From: Piromyces finnis finn
Lineage: Eukaryota; Fungi; Neocallimastigomycota
Length of the DNA stretch: 64,000 nucleotides
Reading direction: 5' to 3'
Assembly (NCBI GenBank): GCA_002104945.1
Contig: MCFH01000034.1
Span: 248,001-312,000, forward strand
Shown: piece after piece, positions 14,391-26,400 of the stretch
Layout of the letters: the number at the start of each line of letters is the position of its first letter
How positions within the stretch are numbered: the stretch's first letter is position 1
Program-made: the position numbers and the translations under genes
Notes under the pieces: generated by a model
Seen by the model: only the letters and a program-made list of their open reading frames with translations
Database searches by the model: none
Told to the model about the DNA's origin: nothing

Positions 14391-15701
14391 TTATTCATTT
14401 AAAGCAATCCATCTCATGATATAAGTACCCATACCAAAGAAAATTACTTCTAAAGTAATTTGAACTAAATTTTTAATAACACCTTTTGGCTTATATTGAA
14501 TTAATTCTGGTAACATACCAACTAAAGCGAGATAAATTAAACTACCAGTAGTTATTGGCATAATATAATTATCACACAATTCGTTAATAGAAATTGATGA
14601 TGTGTTAGAAGACATCCAGAATATAATACAACCAACAACACAACCAAACATAGTTCCTAATGCAGAAACAAATTGCATTGTACTAGCTTTTCTTGAAGAA
14701 AAACCAAGTTGACGCATAATGGTATAATCACCAAATTTATGTGGAATTTCATGAAGGAACATAGCAAAGGCTGTAGTTAAACCAGCGGATGGAGAAGAGA
14801 TAAAAGCAAAAGTAACAGAAAGACCATCAGTGAAACCATGAGTCATACTTGCCATAACTTGCATTATTGCCTTAACATAGGATGAATTAGTAACACCATG
14901 ATCAATATTATCAATTTTAGCTTTGTGTTCCTTTTCAATTGCCTTATTTGGTATGGAAGTAGTATTATTTTCGTCGGTTCTCTTCTTTAATGGCTTTCTT
15001 TTTTTTAAATTATTATTTGTTTTTTTGATCATTTCATCTTCACCAAAATATTGGTCATCATTCTTTGAAGAAAAAACTTTATCAGCATATTCTTGTTTAT
15101 GTTCAATATGACTAGCATGATGATGGGCATGGTGATGACCATGATCATGGTGATGACCGTGATGATCATCATCACCTCCAAAAATACCAACAATTTTTTC
15201 TAAAACATAGAATATTAAAATACCACTTAACATTAAAAGACCAATATTAATTAAATGTTCGTCATGATGATGGCCATGTTCAGAATCATGGTCAAAATTT
15301 CCAGATTCTAATTCACTATGAGTTTCACCAGACATTAGTTCTGGAATCATGTGTAAAAATACATCACCTAAAACAGTTCCAAGTGCAAAGGCTAATAAAG
15401 TATTTAACATTGATTTTGGAAGATTGGCAGGAAGAAACTTTAAAAGAATAAGTGGAATCATGGTAATGTAGATAACTGAAGACATGGCAGCTACCATTGG
15501 ATTTTTTGGAAGGTATTTTAATAATATTTTTTGAATATCATAACCATTTTTTGTATGTGAATGTTGATGATGATGATGGTGATGACTATGACTGTTATGA
15601 TTTTCTGGATGATGTTCTTGTTGGGTTAGTTCAGCTAATGAAGTGGAAACATTAATTAAAACTAATGAAATACATAATAATACACTTGATATTTTACTCA
15701 T
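14391..15701 (-). CDS. YKE4: ZIP (SLC39) zinc transporter, LIV-1 subfamily, YKE4/ZIP7-like
   Basis: Intronless 436-aa ORF with a signal peptide, His-rich N-terminal and TM3-TM4 loops, LLAFALGTVLGDVFLHMIPE, TM4 HGFTDG and TM5 HEIPHKFGD. Confidence 0.92.
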   Translation of the reverse strand: MSKISSVLLCISLVLINVSTSLAELTQQEHHPENHNSHSHHHHHHQHSHTKNGYDIQKILLKYLPKNPMVAAMSSVIYITMIPLILLKFLPANLPKSMLNTLLAFALGTVLGDVFLHMIPELMSGETHSELESGNFDHDSEHGHHHDEHLINIGLLMLSGILIFYVLEKIVGIFGGDDDHHGHHHDHGHHHAHHHASHIEHKQEYADKVFSSKNDDQYFGEDEMIKKTNNNLKKRKPLKKRTDENNTTSIPNKAIEKEHKAKIDNIDHGVTNSSYVKAIMQVMASMTHGFTDGLSVTFAFISSPSAGLTTAFAMFLHEIPHKFGDYTIMRQLGFSSRKASTMQFVSALGTMFGCVVGCIIFWMSSNTSSISINELCDNYIMPITTGSLIYLALVGMLPELIQYKPKGVIKNLVQITLEVIFFGMGTYIMRWIALNE

Positions 15702-16194
15702 TTTTTTTTTTTACTATTATTATTATTATTATTTTCTTTTTTTAAATATTCATATAATGGATACTGAAAATATTATATTCTATTGGTTTTGCAATTTATA
15801 AAATTAAGGTAACTGATTTAAATATATATTGTATATTGATTATTAACCTAATTGATATTATATATATATTATATACATTTATTTTGAAAAATAACAAAAA
15901 CTAATTAGAATATTAAATATAATATTGATTCTACTTTTACCACATTAAAAATTTCTTTTCGGTAATCTTCTTATTTTTATCAATTTACTATTATTATAAT
16001 ATTTCAAAAGTACTTTTTTAAAATTATTATTTACCTTTTTTAAATAAAGAAATCAATTCTTTATTATTATGTATATATTTATTTTCTTTTTAAAAAGTTT
16101 TTATTTTATTCTTTCTTTTATTCTATTATTTTTAGTTTTTTTTTTTGTTTTTGTTTTTATTTCTTATTTGTTAACTTTAATGTTTGAATTTACT

Positions 16195-16240
<46 letters not shown>

Positions 16241-16793
16241 ATTATTTAATATTTTTAATTATAAAAAATCGAGTTTTGGTGAAATGATTGTCTCCTCGTT
16301 TTTTATTCATCATTTAATTAATAACCAATAATATTTCATATATCAAAAATAGCTAAACTTTAAAATTTCATTTTCATTTATAATAATGAATAATTGAAAA
16401 TATATATATAATTAAATATAAAATAAATTTATTATATAGTATAAAGTCATCTTTTTAATTTTACTTTATTATTATTGTTATTGTTTATTTATAAAGAAAT
16501 AAATATATATATTATATAATATTACAATATCACATATATTACATTTCATTATAAAAATTTATTAATCTTTTTTTTTTTTTTTATCTTTTTTTTAAAAAAA
16601 AAAAAAACAAATTGTTTGCTAGTGATGTTTGTTTTAAAAATACTATTTCTTAAAAATTTTTGATTATTTTTTGTAGTTTTTATTAAAAAAAAAAAAAATC
16701 TTTAAGGTTTTTTTAATTAATTAAAAGTAATGTTTGCTTTATGATTTTTCATCTGAATTTATTTTGATTAGTTGGAGGTGATGTTTCTTTTTT

Positions 16794-19493
16794 TTATATT
16801 TTTGTCAAATAGTTATTTAAGTAGGATAGGATAGTTTGATAATTTTGTTTTTGAGAATAATTATAATCATTAACCAAACGTATAGAAGTTTCTATGGGTT
16901 CTTTTTCACTAATTTTTCGGTCATCATTGATCGACAATATTAATTTTACCACATTTTGATGTCCATTAATAGCAGCTTTAATTAAAGCTTGATAGTTTTG
17001 AGCGGATGGATCAACCCGATATTGATCCTTTAATGAAAGTAATAATTTAACAACCTTTTCTTGTCCATAACTACAAGCTTCAATAAAAGCTTGATTATCT
17101 CTGTCATTTGGATTAATAGGTTTTAATATTTTTTTAGAAATTGATTTTTCTTCTCCAGTCAATAATAGTGAATATTTATTCATATCAATGGCGGAATCAT
17201 TTTTAGAAATAGATGATGTTGGAACAGAGACAGGCTTTATTATAATATTTTCACAAGAAGAACATTTACCTTCAATGTTTTCATTTTCAGATAGAATAGG
17301 ATAGATATTATCGACAGATGAGGTAGAATTGATTATTGTTGTTGTATAAAGCTGAGTATTCTCAATAGTAGAGCATGTTTTATTATTATTAATATTATTT
17401 TTTTGAATATCGTTTTCAACACAACAAAAATGAATATGAGAAAGGATTAAAAGTTCTTTAACTATATCATAATAACCACAAAGGCAAGCATTGATAAAAG
17501 CTAAATTTTGTTGAGCTGTTGGATCTATTCCTTTGCTTAATGGTAGAGATAATAATAAACGTACAATATTTAAATTACCATAGGAGCAAGCACGAATAAA
17601 TGCTTTATTATCTTGAGCAGCAGGATCAACTTCATACTTTCCTTTCAAACCTAATAATAATTGAACAATTTCTTGATGACCATTAGTACAAGCATTAATA
17701 AATGCTTCATTATTTTGATCAATAGGATTAATGGCTCTTTCCCCTTCCAAGGCTAAAAGCATCTTTATAATTTCAAGTGATCCATTAGAACAAGCAGTAA
17801 TAAAGGCTTGATTATTATTTACAGTGGGATCTACTTTAATAATGCCTTCACTACCATTGTCTTCATTTTCACCATAATGTAGCAAAGTTTCAACAATTTG
17901 AATATTTCCCATACTACAAGCACTAACAATAGCCCTATTACCTTGAGCTATTGGATCAACTGCTAATTTTCCTTTTAAACTTAAAAGCAATTTAACTACT
18001 TCTAATTTACCATTATTACAAGCCCAAATGAAAGCAGAATTATTTTGAGCTTGGGTATTTATATTTGGTTCTTTAATAAGTTCCTTAACAACATCTAAAT
18101 GGCCATAACAACAAGCCCACACAAAAGCAGCATGATCATTTGATGAAATGTCAACTTTACGATCACCTTCTAAGCTTAATAAGAGCTTAACGACCTCGAC
18201 ATGGCCATTTGAGGCAGCATTGATTATCGCATAATTATTATGAGCTTGAGTATTAACTACTCTTGGATGTGTAATTGATAATAAAAGTTTGACAATTTCA
18301 ATATGACCATTAGCACATGCTTGACAAAAGGCACGATCATTTTTATCTGAGGTATTTATGCAAATATGTTTGCCTCCTTTTGAAAGTTGTATAATATCGT
18401 TTTCTTCTTCGTGTTCATGAACCTTTTCTTCTTTATTTTTATGATGCCAACAATTACATCCTGGTATTGAACAATGATTTTCTTCATCATTGACATCATT
18501 ACTATTATTAGTATTTAAAGAAGTATTAATAGATGTATTTGTTAAATTTTTCTTTTTTTCATCGCCTAACAATGAGGCATCATGTTTACATCTACAAAAG
18601 AAAGAATAAGAAATATATTCCATATTAATATGTTCATCGACTATTAATAAACCACAACGACTACAACAACGATAGCAATATTCCTTACCGATACAATTTA
18701 AAATTGGAAGAAAATTGAATTTTTTATTTTGGGTATAGGCGGTATAAAAAATATTTTTGGAGCTCATATCTGGCGAGGTCCAATGAATGAGTTTCTTTTG
18801 TGAATGAAATAAAAGATTTTCATTGTTGTATGTATTAACAAGGTTACTTGAAATTACCGATTGTAAAGAATTATCAATTTTATTTAATGTTACTAAATTT
18901 AAACAAGTTGAACAAGTTGATGCTAGCAATACTGGATAATGATAAGGATCTTGACTCAAAAAGAAACGGAAGAGTCGTTCATCACCGATTTCTGCTGAAC
19001 GAATAATACAACAATTATTATTAAATGAAAAATCACTAAAACGATATTGATTACTTTTTACGGATTCATAAAGATTTTTTAATTGTTCCTTACTGAATAA
19101 AAAAGAACAATGTTGAATGTGGTTTATAATGTGGTTTATAATGTAATTAATAAAAGAAGGTTTAGTGTAATAGCGATATAAATATTCCAAAAAGCTATTA
19201 GATTTAAATAAAGCTAAATCTTTATCAAGTAATGCTTTTTGAATAAATGAAAATGGTATACCAATAGAACGAAATCTATGACATAATGATGAAAAATTCA
19301 TAGAAGTTTGTAAATCAGTATATAACAAAATTTTTATAATAATTTCATAAGGAAAACGACTTAATTTATTCTTTGGAATTTTAAAAGTTTCAAAGATTGT
19401 TGTTGTTGAATTTGTATTAAATATATTGTCATTTTTAATGGATAAGGTATGATAGTTTTGAGTTATGTTTTTAATTGTTGATAATTTTTCCAT
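16794..19493 (-). CDS. F-box and ankyrin-repeat protein
   Basis: Intronless 899-aa ORF. N-terminal F-box LSRFPYEIIIKILLYTDLQTSMNFSSLCHRF; 11 ankyrin-type repeats of the form DPxAQxNxAFxxACxNGxxEIVKLLLSL. Confidence 0.9.
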   Translation of the reverse strand: MEKLSTIKNITQNYHTLSIKNDNIFNTNSTTTIFETFKIPKNKLSRFPYEIIIKILLYTDLQTSMNFSSLCHRFRSIGIPFSFIQKALLDKDLALFKSNSFLEYLYRYYTKPSFINYIINHIINHIQHCSFLFSKEQLKNLYESVKSNQYRFSDFSFNNNCCIIRSAEIGDERLFRFFLSQDPYHYPVLLASTCSTCLNLVTLNKIDNSLQSVISSNLVNTYNNENLLFHSQKKLIHWTSPDMSSKNIFYTAYTQNKKFNFLPILNCIGKEYCYRCCSRCGLLIVDEHINMEYISYSFFCRCKHDASLLGDEKKKNLTNTSINTSLNTNNSNDVNDEENHCSIPGCNCWHHKNKEEKVHEHEEENDIIQLSKGGKHICINTSDKNDRAFCQACANGHIEIVKLLLSITHPRVVNTQAHNNYAIINAASNGHVEVVKLLLSLEGDRKVDISSNDHAAFVWACCYGHLDVVKELIKEPNINTQAQNNSAFIWACNNGKLEVVKLLLSLKGKLAVDPIAQGNRAIVSACSMGNIQIVETLLHYGENEDNGSEGIIKVDPTVNNNQAFITACSNGSLEIIKMLLALEGERAINPIDQNNEAFINACTNGHQEIVQLLLGLKGKYEVDPAAQDNKAFIRACSYGNLNIVRLLLSLPLSKGIDPTAQQNLAFINACLCGYYDIVKELLILSHIHFCCVENDIQKNNINNNKTCSTIENTQLYTTTIINSTSSVDNIYPILSENENIEGKCSSCENIIIKPVSVPTSSISKNDSAIDMNKYSLLLTGEEKSISKKILKPINPNDRDNQAFIEACSYGQEKVVKLLLSLKDQYRVDPSAQNYQALIKAAINGHQNVVKLILSINDDRKISEKEPIETSIRLVNDYNYSQKQNYQTILSYLNNYLTKI

Positions 19494-22400
19494 TTTATAT
19501 GTGTATATTATTTTAAATCACTATATTGTATAAATATATATTATTTATAATTTAATAATAATAAAAAAAAAGTTAGAAATATTAAATATAAAAATGTTTT
19601 TATTAAAATAGTATATTATAATATTGTATAGAATAATTCTTGAATTTATTTTTATTTTATTTTTTTTTACTTTATTGAAAAAGATAGTAATATATATAGT
19701 AATTTATGCTTTGCTTAATAGTAAATATGCGATTAATGTTTGTAAAAAGAATTGCGAATGTAAAAAAAAAAAGTATATGTAATATAAGCAAAAAGAAAAG
19801 CGCAATGTGATAGTCGATAAAACAAAAGATATTTGGTTGTTGCTTTACTGATTTTTTTATTTCTGTTTAATTTAAATAAATAATTTTATTGAAATTTAAA
19901 AATAATTGAATTGAAAATCTAAATTGAATGAATACCAATTTGGATGATTTTAATTATTGATATATTCTTTTTCTTTATATAAAGATAAATTGCTTAAATT
20001 ATTGTATTTTTAAAAATATATAGTGTAATGAATACTGATTATTAATGAAAACACGAAAAAAAACTAAAAACCAAAAGATATATATATAAAGAAAAAGAAT
20101 GAATAATAATTAATAAAATAACAATAACAATAAAAATAAAAATAAAAATAAAAATAGTTTAATAATAAAAAGTAAAAAAAAAAAAAATATAAAATTCTTT
20201 TTTAAAAAAAAAATTTCCAGAATTTTTTATTTTAATAATTTAAAAAAGTATTTTTATTAAATTTTAAACTTTTGGTACAACATAAAAAAAATTTTTTTAT
20301 TATATTTTAATTAATCCTTTCAAATTATTAAATATGAATTATTGCTTACTTTTAATATGATTAAATAAAGTTAAAAGAAAAAAGGAAATAATAGAAATAT
20401 TTTTTAAATTTAATTCTTATTTATGAAAGATTAGTAAAGTGTATTTTGATTATCAAAAACAATAATATTCTATATTTTATTATTTAACCGGTTGGCACTT
20501 TTTCTTTTACTAATGCTACCATAACTATTATGCATAATTAGGCAACCTTTTTTGTGAATGTTTGGAATTTATTTACAAATTAACAAAAACAAATTTCAAT
20601 AAAAATAAATATATTATTGATATATGGAAATAATATATTTATATTGATTTCAACAACTATGAAAGTATTATTGGACAAAAAAGAATTAAACATATTAATT
20701 AATATATTGATTTCAATTGGATATTGAATATTGAATATATTGAATAATAATACAATATATTAATTATATTAATTAGGAGATAAACATAATAGGATAAAAT
20801 GTATTTTATATATTGAATATTATGTAACATAAGTAATATAAATATTAAATTTATATTAAACTTTAAAAACTTTAATTTTTAAAAATGAAGAAATTTTGAA
20901 ATTTTTATTCATTTCTGTATATTAATATAAAGGATTAGGCTTGTGCTTAATTTTTTTTATTATAATTTTCTAATAATTAATTCACCATTCTCTTTATTGA
21001 ATAAAGGCTTGTTAGGAAATGAAACTTTTTTATAAGGTGTGGTAAAAAATTGAATTTTTAATATTTTATATTAAAAGTTTACTATTATTATTAATTTATT
21101 TATATATTTATTTATTTATTATCAAATTTTATTTAATATTCCTTTTGTAATATCGAATACTTTTTTGTCACATTCATCACAGAAAAATTATAATTTATTA
21201 TTTTTATTATTATAATATTGAAAAGAATATATAGGAGTGTAATAAGTTGTTTTCAAACAATTAAAGATTATTATATTATACTAATGTAATATTTCGTTTC
21301 ACAGATTTAACATATTTAACATAGGGTATAATTTTTTCTAGTTTAATTTTTATTATTTAAAAAATAAAGAAAAAATTCGCAACTTATAATAAAATAACTT
21401 AATCTTTAAAAATAAATTCATTTATTTGTATTTGTATACATTTATACACATATATATATTTACTATTGTATCTATTGTGATTAAATATTCTGTATACATT
21501 ATACAATACATATATACATATTAATGTTAACGTATCAATGAATTATAATTTCATATTATCATTTCAAAATTGCAATGTCTTTTTTTATCAGCGGAATAAT
21601 AAGATTAGTACAAGTTATCGTAAGCTTATTTTTAAAAGTATCTTCTTCCAATTTGAAAGATTATATTAATCAAAAGAGGAATGACTTTATAGGAGACAAC
21701 AATCGGAATATATTAGATTATAATCATTATACTATAGAATGAATAACAATATGTTTAATAGTAATATATAATCACATATTATATATATATTAAAAAAGTA
21801 AAAAAGTGCATGTTCTTTTATAAAATTAGAATGTAATAACAATAGTTGCGGAATAATTAGAAAAAATGACAGACTTGGTAAATATCTTTCACGGCGGTAC
21901 TATTAACTTTACTTTAAAAATGAAAAAAAAAAAAAAATGGATTAACTAAGGATTATTAATAAAGATACTGAATAAACACCCACATTTTAAAAGAAAGTTG
22001 TCCTTCTATACTAATAATATTATATTTAATATATAAATATACATAATTTATAGATTAAAGATATTCTGTAATTATTTTAAATTTTATATTATTATTTTAT
22101 CATCATTTTTTATATCATATTCTATATATTTAATTATTCTATTATTATTCTCGTTATTATTATTTAAAATACTACTTTTTTGCTATTATAATCTAGTTTT
22201 ATTAACTAACATTGTTATAACAAACACATCTCTTTTTCCTTGATATCCAACCTTTTTAACATTTTTTAGGTTTTATTTTTCTTCTTCTTTAACAAAATTT
22301 TTAGTTATCTGTCACTTTTTTTAAAAGATAATTTTAAAATTTTTGATAATTAAAATTTCATTTTCTATTAAACTTTAATTATTATTATTTTTCATATTAA

Positions 22401-22802
22401 TTAAATGAATGATTTATTTAAAATTTTTGATACTATCAATGAGTATCAATGATTTAATTAAATACAAATTTTGATTATTATCAATACCTCCAGGCCATAT
22501 GACCTGTAATAATGATGATGATAACCACAAAGCCTATAAAAATTGGTCTCAAATTTTTTTCTATATAAGCAAGGCAATATACCTTTTTTTTTTAAATAAC
22601 TATAATTATTGAATACTTATAAAAAATCAATTATAAAAAAAAATTATTTAAATATTGGTTTTTGTTGAATTTGCTCTATAATCATTTTATCTATGGAAGT
22701 GTTGATAATGGTTATATTTATTTCATAGTATATAATAGTTAATTGTAATAATATATTGTAATATATTCAATAATAATATAATATTTACTGAATTAAAACT
22801 AT

Positions 22803-22932
22803 TTATCATCTTATCAGTTTTTAAAAATTTATTTTTATTTTTGATAAGTTATCAGTTATTAGCTTTATATATATTATGATTATATTAATTCAATATAATA
22901 CAATATATTAAATTGAATAAATTTGCTTATCA
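22803..22932. promoter_or_regulatory. Cluster of GATA (TGATAA/TTATCA) sites upstream of glutamate dehydrogenase
   Basis: Five HGATAR matches at 22803, 22811, 22842, 22849 and 22927, about 470-600 bp upstream of the GDH ATG. Confidence 0.4.
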
Positions 22933-23398
22933 TACTTTTTCATAATTTTAAAATTTTTTATTATTTGCAGAATTTAGTATTATTAATTTTTATAAATTTT
23001 TTTTTGAGCTATGTATTTATTGTATTCATAAAGCCTATTATGTGTATATATTGTGCAATAGTATTATAATATATGTAAAAAGAATGGTAATAAAATGTTT
23101 AATTGAATTCTAATATATGTATTGTTTTTCTACCAAAGAAAAAAAAGAAGTTTTATTTAAATTAAGATATATATTACAGTAGATTGAAATATATTGTATT
23201 ATTTATTTTTTTTAATTAAATTAAACATGTAAATAGGGAAATCTTTATTTTTATGAAAACATATAAAAAAGAAGGAATTTGGCGGTACATTTTAGTGCTT
23301 CAGCAAATCCTAAAAGTTATATATTTATATAACAAAAATAAAATAATATTCCAATTTTACTTTATAAAAAGTAATAAAATTAAATAATATAAGAAAAG

Positions 23399-24841
23399 AT
23401 GTCTGAATTCCAATTCACCCACGGTATCGAACCAGAATTCGAACAAGCTCGTGATGAAATTGTCAAGTCTGTAACTGAATCAACCGTCTTCGAAAAGAAC
23501 CCAGATCTTAAGAGATGTCTTCCAGTTATTGTTGAACCAGAAAGAGTTATTCAATTCCGTGTCACTTGGGAAGATGACAAGGGTAACACCAGAGTTAACA
23601 AGGGTTACCGTGTCCAATTCAACTCTGCCATTGGTCCATACAAGGGTGGTTTAAGATTCCATCCATCTGTTAACCTTTCCATCCTTAAGTTCTTAGGTTT
23701 TGAACAAATCTTCAAGAACGCTTTAACCGGTCTCCCAATTGGTGGTGGTAAGGGTGGTTCTGACTTCGACCCACACGACAAGTCTGACAATGAAATCAGA
23801 AGATTCTGTCAAGCTTTCATGACTGAACTTCACCGTCACATTGGTGCTGATATTGATGTCCCAGCTGGTGATATTGGTGTTGGTGGTCGTGAAATTGGTT
23901 TCTTATATGGTGCCTACAAGCGTCTTCAACAAAAGCGTGACTTTGGTGTCCTTACTGGTAAGGATACTCGCTATGGTCTTAACGGTTCCTTCATTCGTCC
24001 AGAAGCTACTGGTTACGGTTTAATTTACTTCGTCTTAAACATGCTTACTTACATGGGTAAGGATATTAAGGGTAAGTACTGTGCCGTTTCTGGTTCTGGT
24101 AATGTTGCTCAATTCGCCGCTAAGAAGTTAATTGATCTTGGTGCTATTGTTATGTCTTTATCTGACTCTCGTGGTGCCCTTATTGTTAAGGATGCTGCTA
24201 AGCCATTCACTCACGCTGATATTGACTTCATTGCTGAACTTAAGGTCAGAAAGGGTTCCCTTGAAGAAATCAAGGATGACCGTTTCACTTGGTTACCAGG
24301 TCAAAGACCATGGAAGAACCTTCCAAAGGTTGACATTGCTCTTCCATGTGCTACTCAAAATGAAAACGATGCTGATGATGTTGAAGCTTTAGTTAAGGTC
24401 GGATGTTTCCTTATTGCTGAAGGTTCTAACATGGGTTCCACTGATGCTGCTGTCCAAAAGATGGAAGCTCTCCGTATTGCCTACAACGAATCTGTTAAGG
24501 CTGGTAAGCCAGCTGGTCAATTCTGGTACGCTCCAGGTAAGGCCTCCAACGCTGGTGGTGTTGCTGTTTCTGCTCTTGAAATGGCTCAAAACTCCCAACG
24601 TATGACTTGGGCTCCAGAACGTGTTGATACTGAATTAAACAACATCATGACCAACATCTTTAACGAATCTGTTGATAACTCTGCTACTTACACTCGTGAA
24701 GCTCTTGGTGCTAATGTTAAGAAGTCCGCTGACAAGGCTGATGCTGCTGTTTCTGCTCTTCCATCCCTTGTCCAAGGTGCTAACATCACTGGTTTCATTA
24801 AGGTTGCCAATGCCATGAAGGTTCACGGTGACTGGTGGTAA
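23399..24841 (+). CDS. GDH1: NADP-specific glutamate dehydrogenase
   Basis: 480-aa intronless ORF with [77 protein letters not shown] and SDS motifs and a fungal-type GDWW C-terminus. Strong highly-expressed codon bias. Confidence 0.97.
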   Translation: MSEFQFTHGIEPEFEQARDEIVKSVTESTVFEKNPDLKRCLPVIVEPERVIQFRVTWEDDKGNTRVNKGYRVQFNSAIGPYKGGLRFHPSVNLSILKFLGFEQIFKNALTGLPIGGGKGGSDFDPHDKSDNEIRRFCQAFMTELHRHIGADIDVPAGDIGVGGREIGFLYGAYKRLQQKRDFGVLTGKDTRYGLNGSFIRPEATGYGLIYFVLNMLTYMGKDIKGKYCAVSGSGNVAQFAAKKLIDLGAIVMSLSDSRGALIVKDAAKPFTHADIDFIAELKVRKGSLEEIKDDRFTWLPGQRPWKNLPKVDIALPCATQNENDADDVEALVKVGCFLIAEGSNMGSTDAAVQKMEALRIAYNESVKAGKPAGQFWYAPGKASNAGGVAVSALEMAQNSQRMTWAPERVDTELNNIMTNIFNESVDNSATYTREALGANVKKSADKADAAVSALPSLVQGANITGFIKVANAMKVHGDWW

Positions 24842-25629
24842 ATTAGTTAAAAAAGGACTTGTACTTATAAAAAATTTAAAAAAAAAAAAAAATCTTATCA
24901 CTTTTTTATTTTTTCTTAAAAAAAATAAAGAAAAATCAAGACATCTTTCATTTATCATAAAACTTTTATAATGAAAAGTGAATGATATTATTATAATATT
25001 TAATGGAGTTCATTTTAATAAAAAAAAATGGAATTTTAACAAGAAATAATTCAATGTTAAAAAGGATAACCTTATTTTATTAAAGACATAAAAATATCGC
25101 AAAAATATACCACAAAAATATACCACAAAATTAATTTAATTTTTTAGATCATGTAATATATTTATTTATTTAAAAAAAAAATTTTTTTTTAAAACAAAAC
25201 GAAAATCATCAAAAAGAAGATTATATATAATCAAGCAAATAAAATTTAAAAATTAAACAAAAATTTATGAATTATATGTTTTTATAAAGTGTAGTGTTTT
25301 ATTTATTTATTATTGATATATTGATAGTTTAGTGCGAGGATTTAACTCTTTTAAAAGTAATTAAAAAAAAGGTTATTTGATTTGTTGAAGATTTTCAATT
25401 GTCTTTAAAGATTAATTTTGGAAATAAAAAAAATTTTTTTATAAATTGAAAATCAACAATAAACCTAGCTATGTAGGTAAACGAACTATTATTTATTTCA
25501 GGTAAAAATATAGTTTGAGCCAGTCAATTATTAAAATTTTGTAATTCAACAATATCCTATTTACAGAATTATTCTAATAGTGTTTCTTATTATAGGATAC
25601 TGAAAATTATTAAAAAAAAAAAAAAAAAA

Positions 25630-26400
25630 GTGGGGCATATTGGATACTAAAGTTGTTAAAGTAGTTTAAAAATGAAAAGTTGGATTCCTCCGTTTATCTA
25701 AATGATTGTTTGTCCCATTTTCAAAAAAAAAAAAGGTGCAAAGTAGTCACCAAAACATTTTCACAGAAGCTATAGCCAAACCAATCTCCAAAAATTTAAT
25801 AATAAATTTGGATTTAAATATGAACCATGGTCTAATCTAACCATTAACCTTATTTTTTCTAACTAAACGTTTTAAAAAAAAGGACCTTTTTTCAGTTTAA
25901 AAATATATATATATATAAAATAATTTAAATATTCTTATTCCTTTTTAGAAATTAGTACTTAATTTTACAAGTGTTTAAGCAGAATTTCATATTTATGCTT
26001 TATTACTTGAATCTAATAAAGCTAGGTCTTTGATTCAAGTCATGTCTGGTGAAACAATGCATATTATCAGCAAAATGTGCATTGTTTTTGATTAGATATT
26101 ACATCAAAGAAGAAAAACTCTAATTATATTATTTCTTACCTAATCAGTTACATTTTTAAATATAGAAATTATACAGTAATGTTAAATCAAGTAGACACTA
26201 AAGTTACCAAAACCACTAAATTAGTTGATTATTTATGGTGAAAAAATGGTCATCAAAAGATTCAACATTAGTTAATCAAATGTCAAAAATTTAATGAAAT
26301 TCGTATTGAACATTACAATTACCAATTATTCAATTATCTTGGCAAATCGTTTCATCAATAGTAAGGTCAATAAAGCTATTTATTTATTTATTTATTATTA
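25630..26400 (+). mobile_element. Possible heavily degraded non-LTR retrotransposon (LINE) 3' remnant
   Basis: Broken frame at ~26224-26310 reads DYLW*KNGHQKIQH*LIKCQKFNEIR, resembling the C-terminal CX2CX8HX4C knuckle of LINE ORF2. It is followed by AATAAA and a (TATT)n tail at ~26370-26395. GC is modestly raised over background. Confidence 0.3.

Noticed and set aside
23605-24958. Overlapping and antisense ORFs over GDH (GDH/HSP70-style antisense coding idea)
   Set aside because: All are short, broken by stops, and explained by the biased codon usage of GDH.
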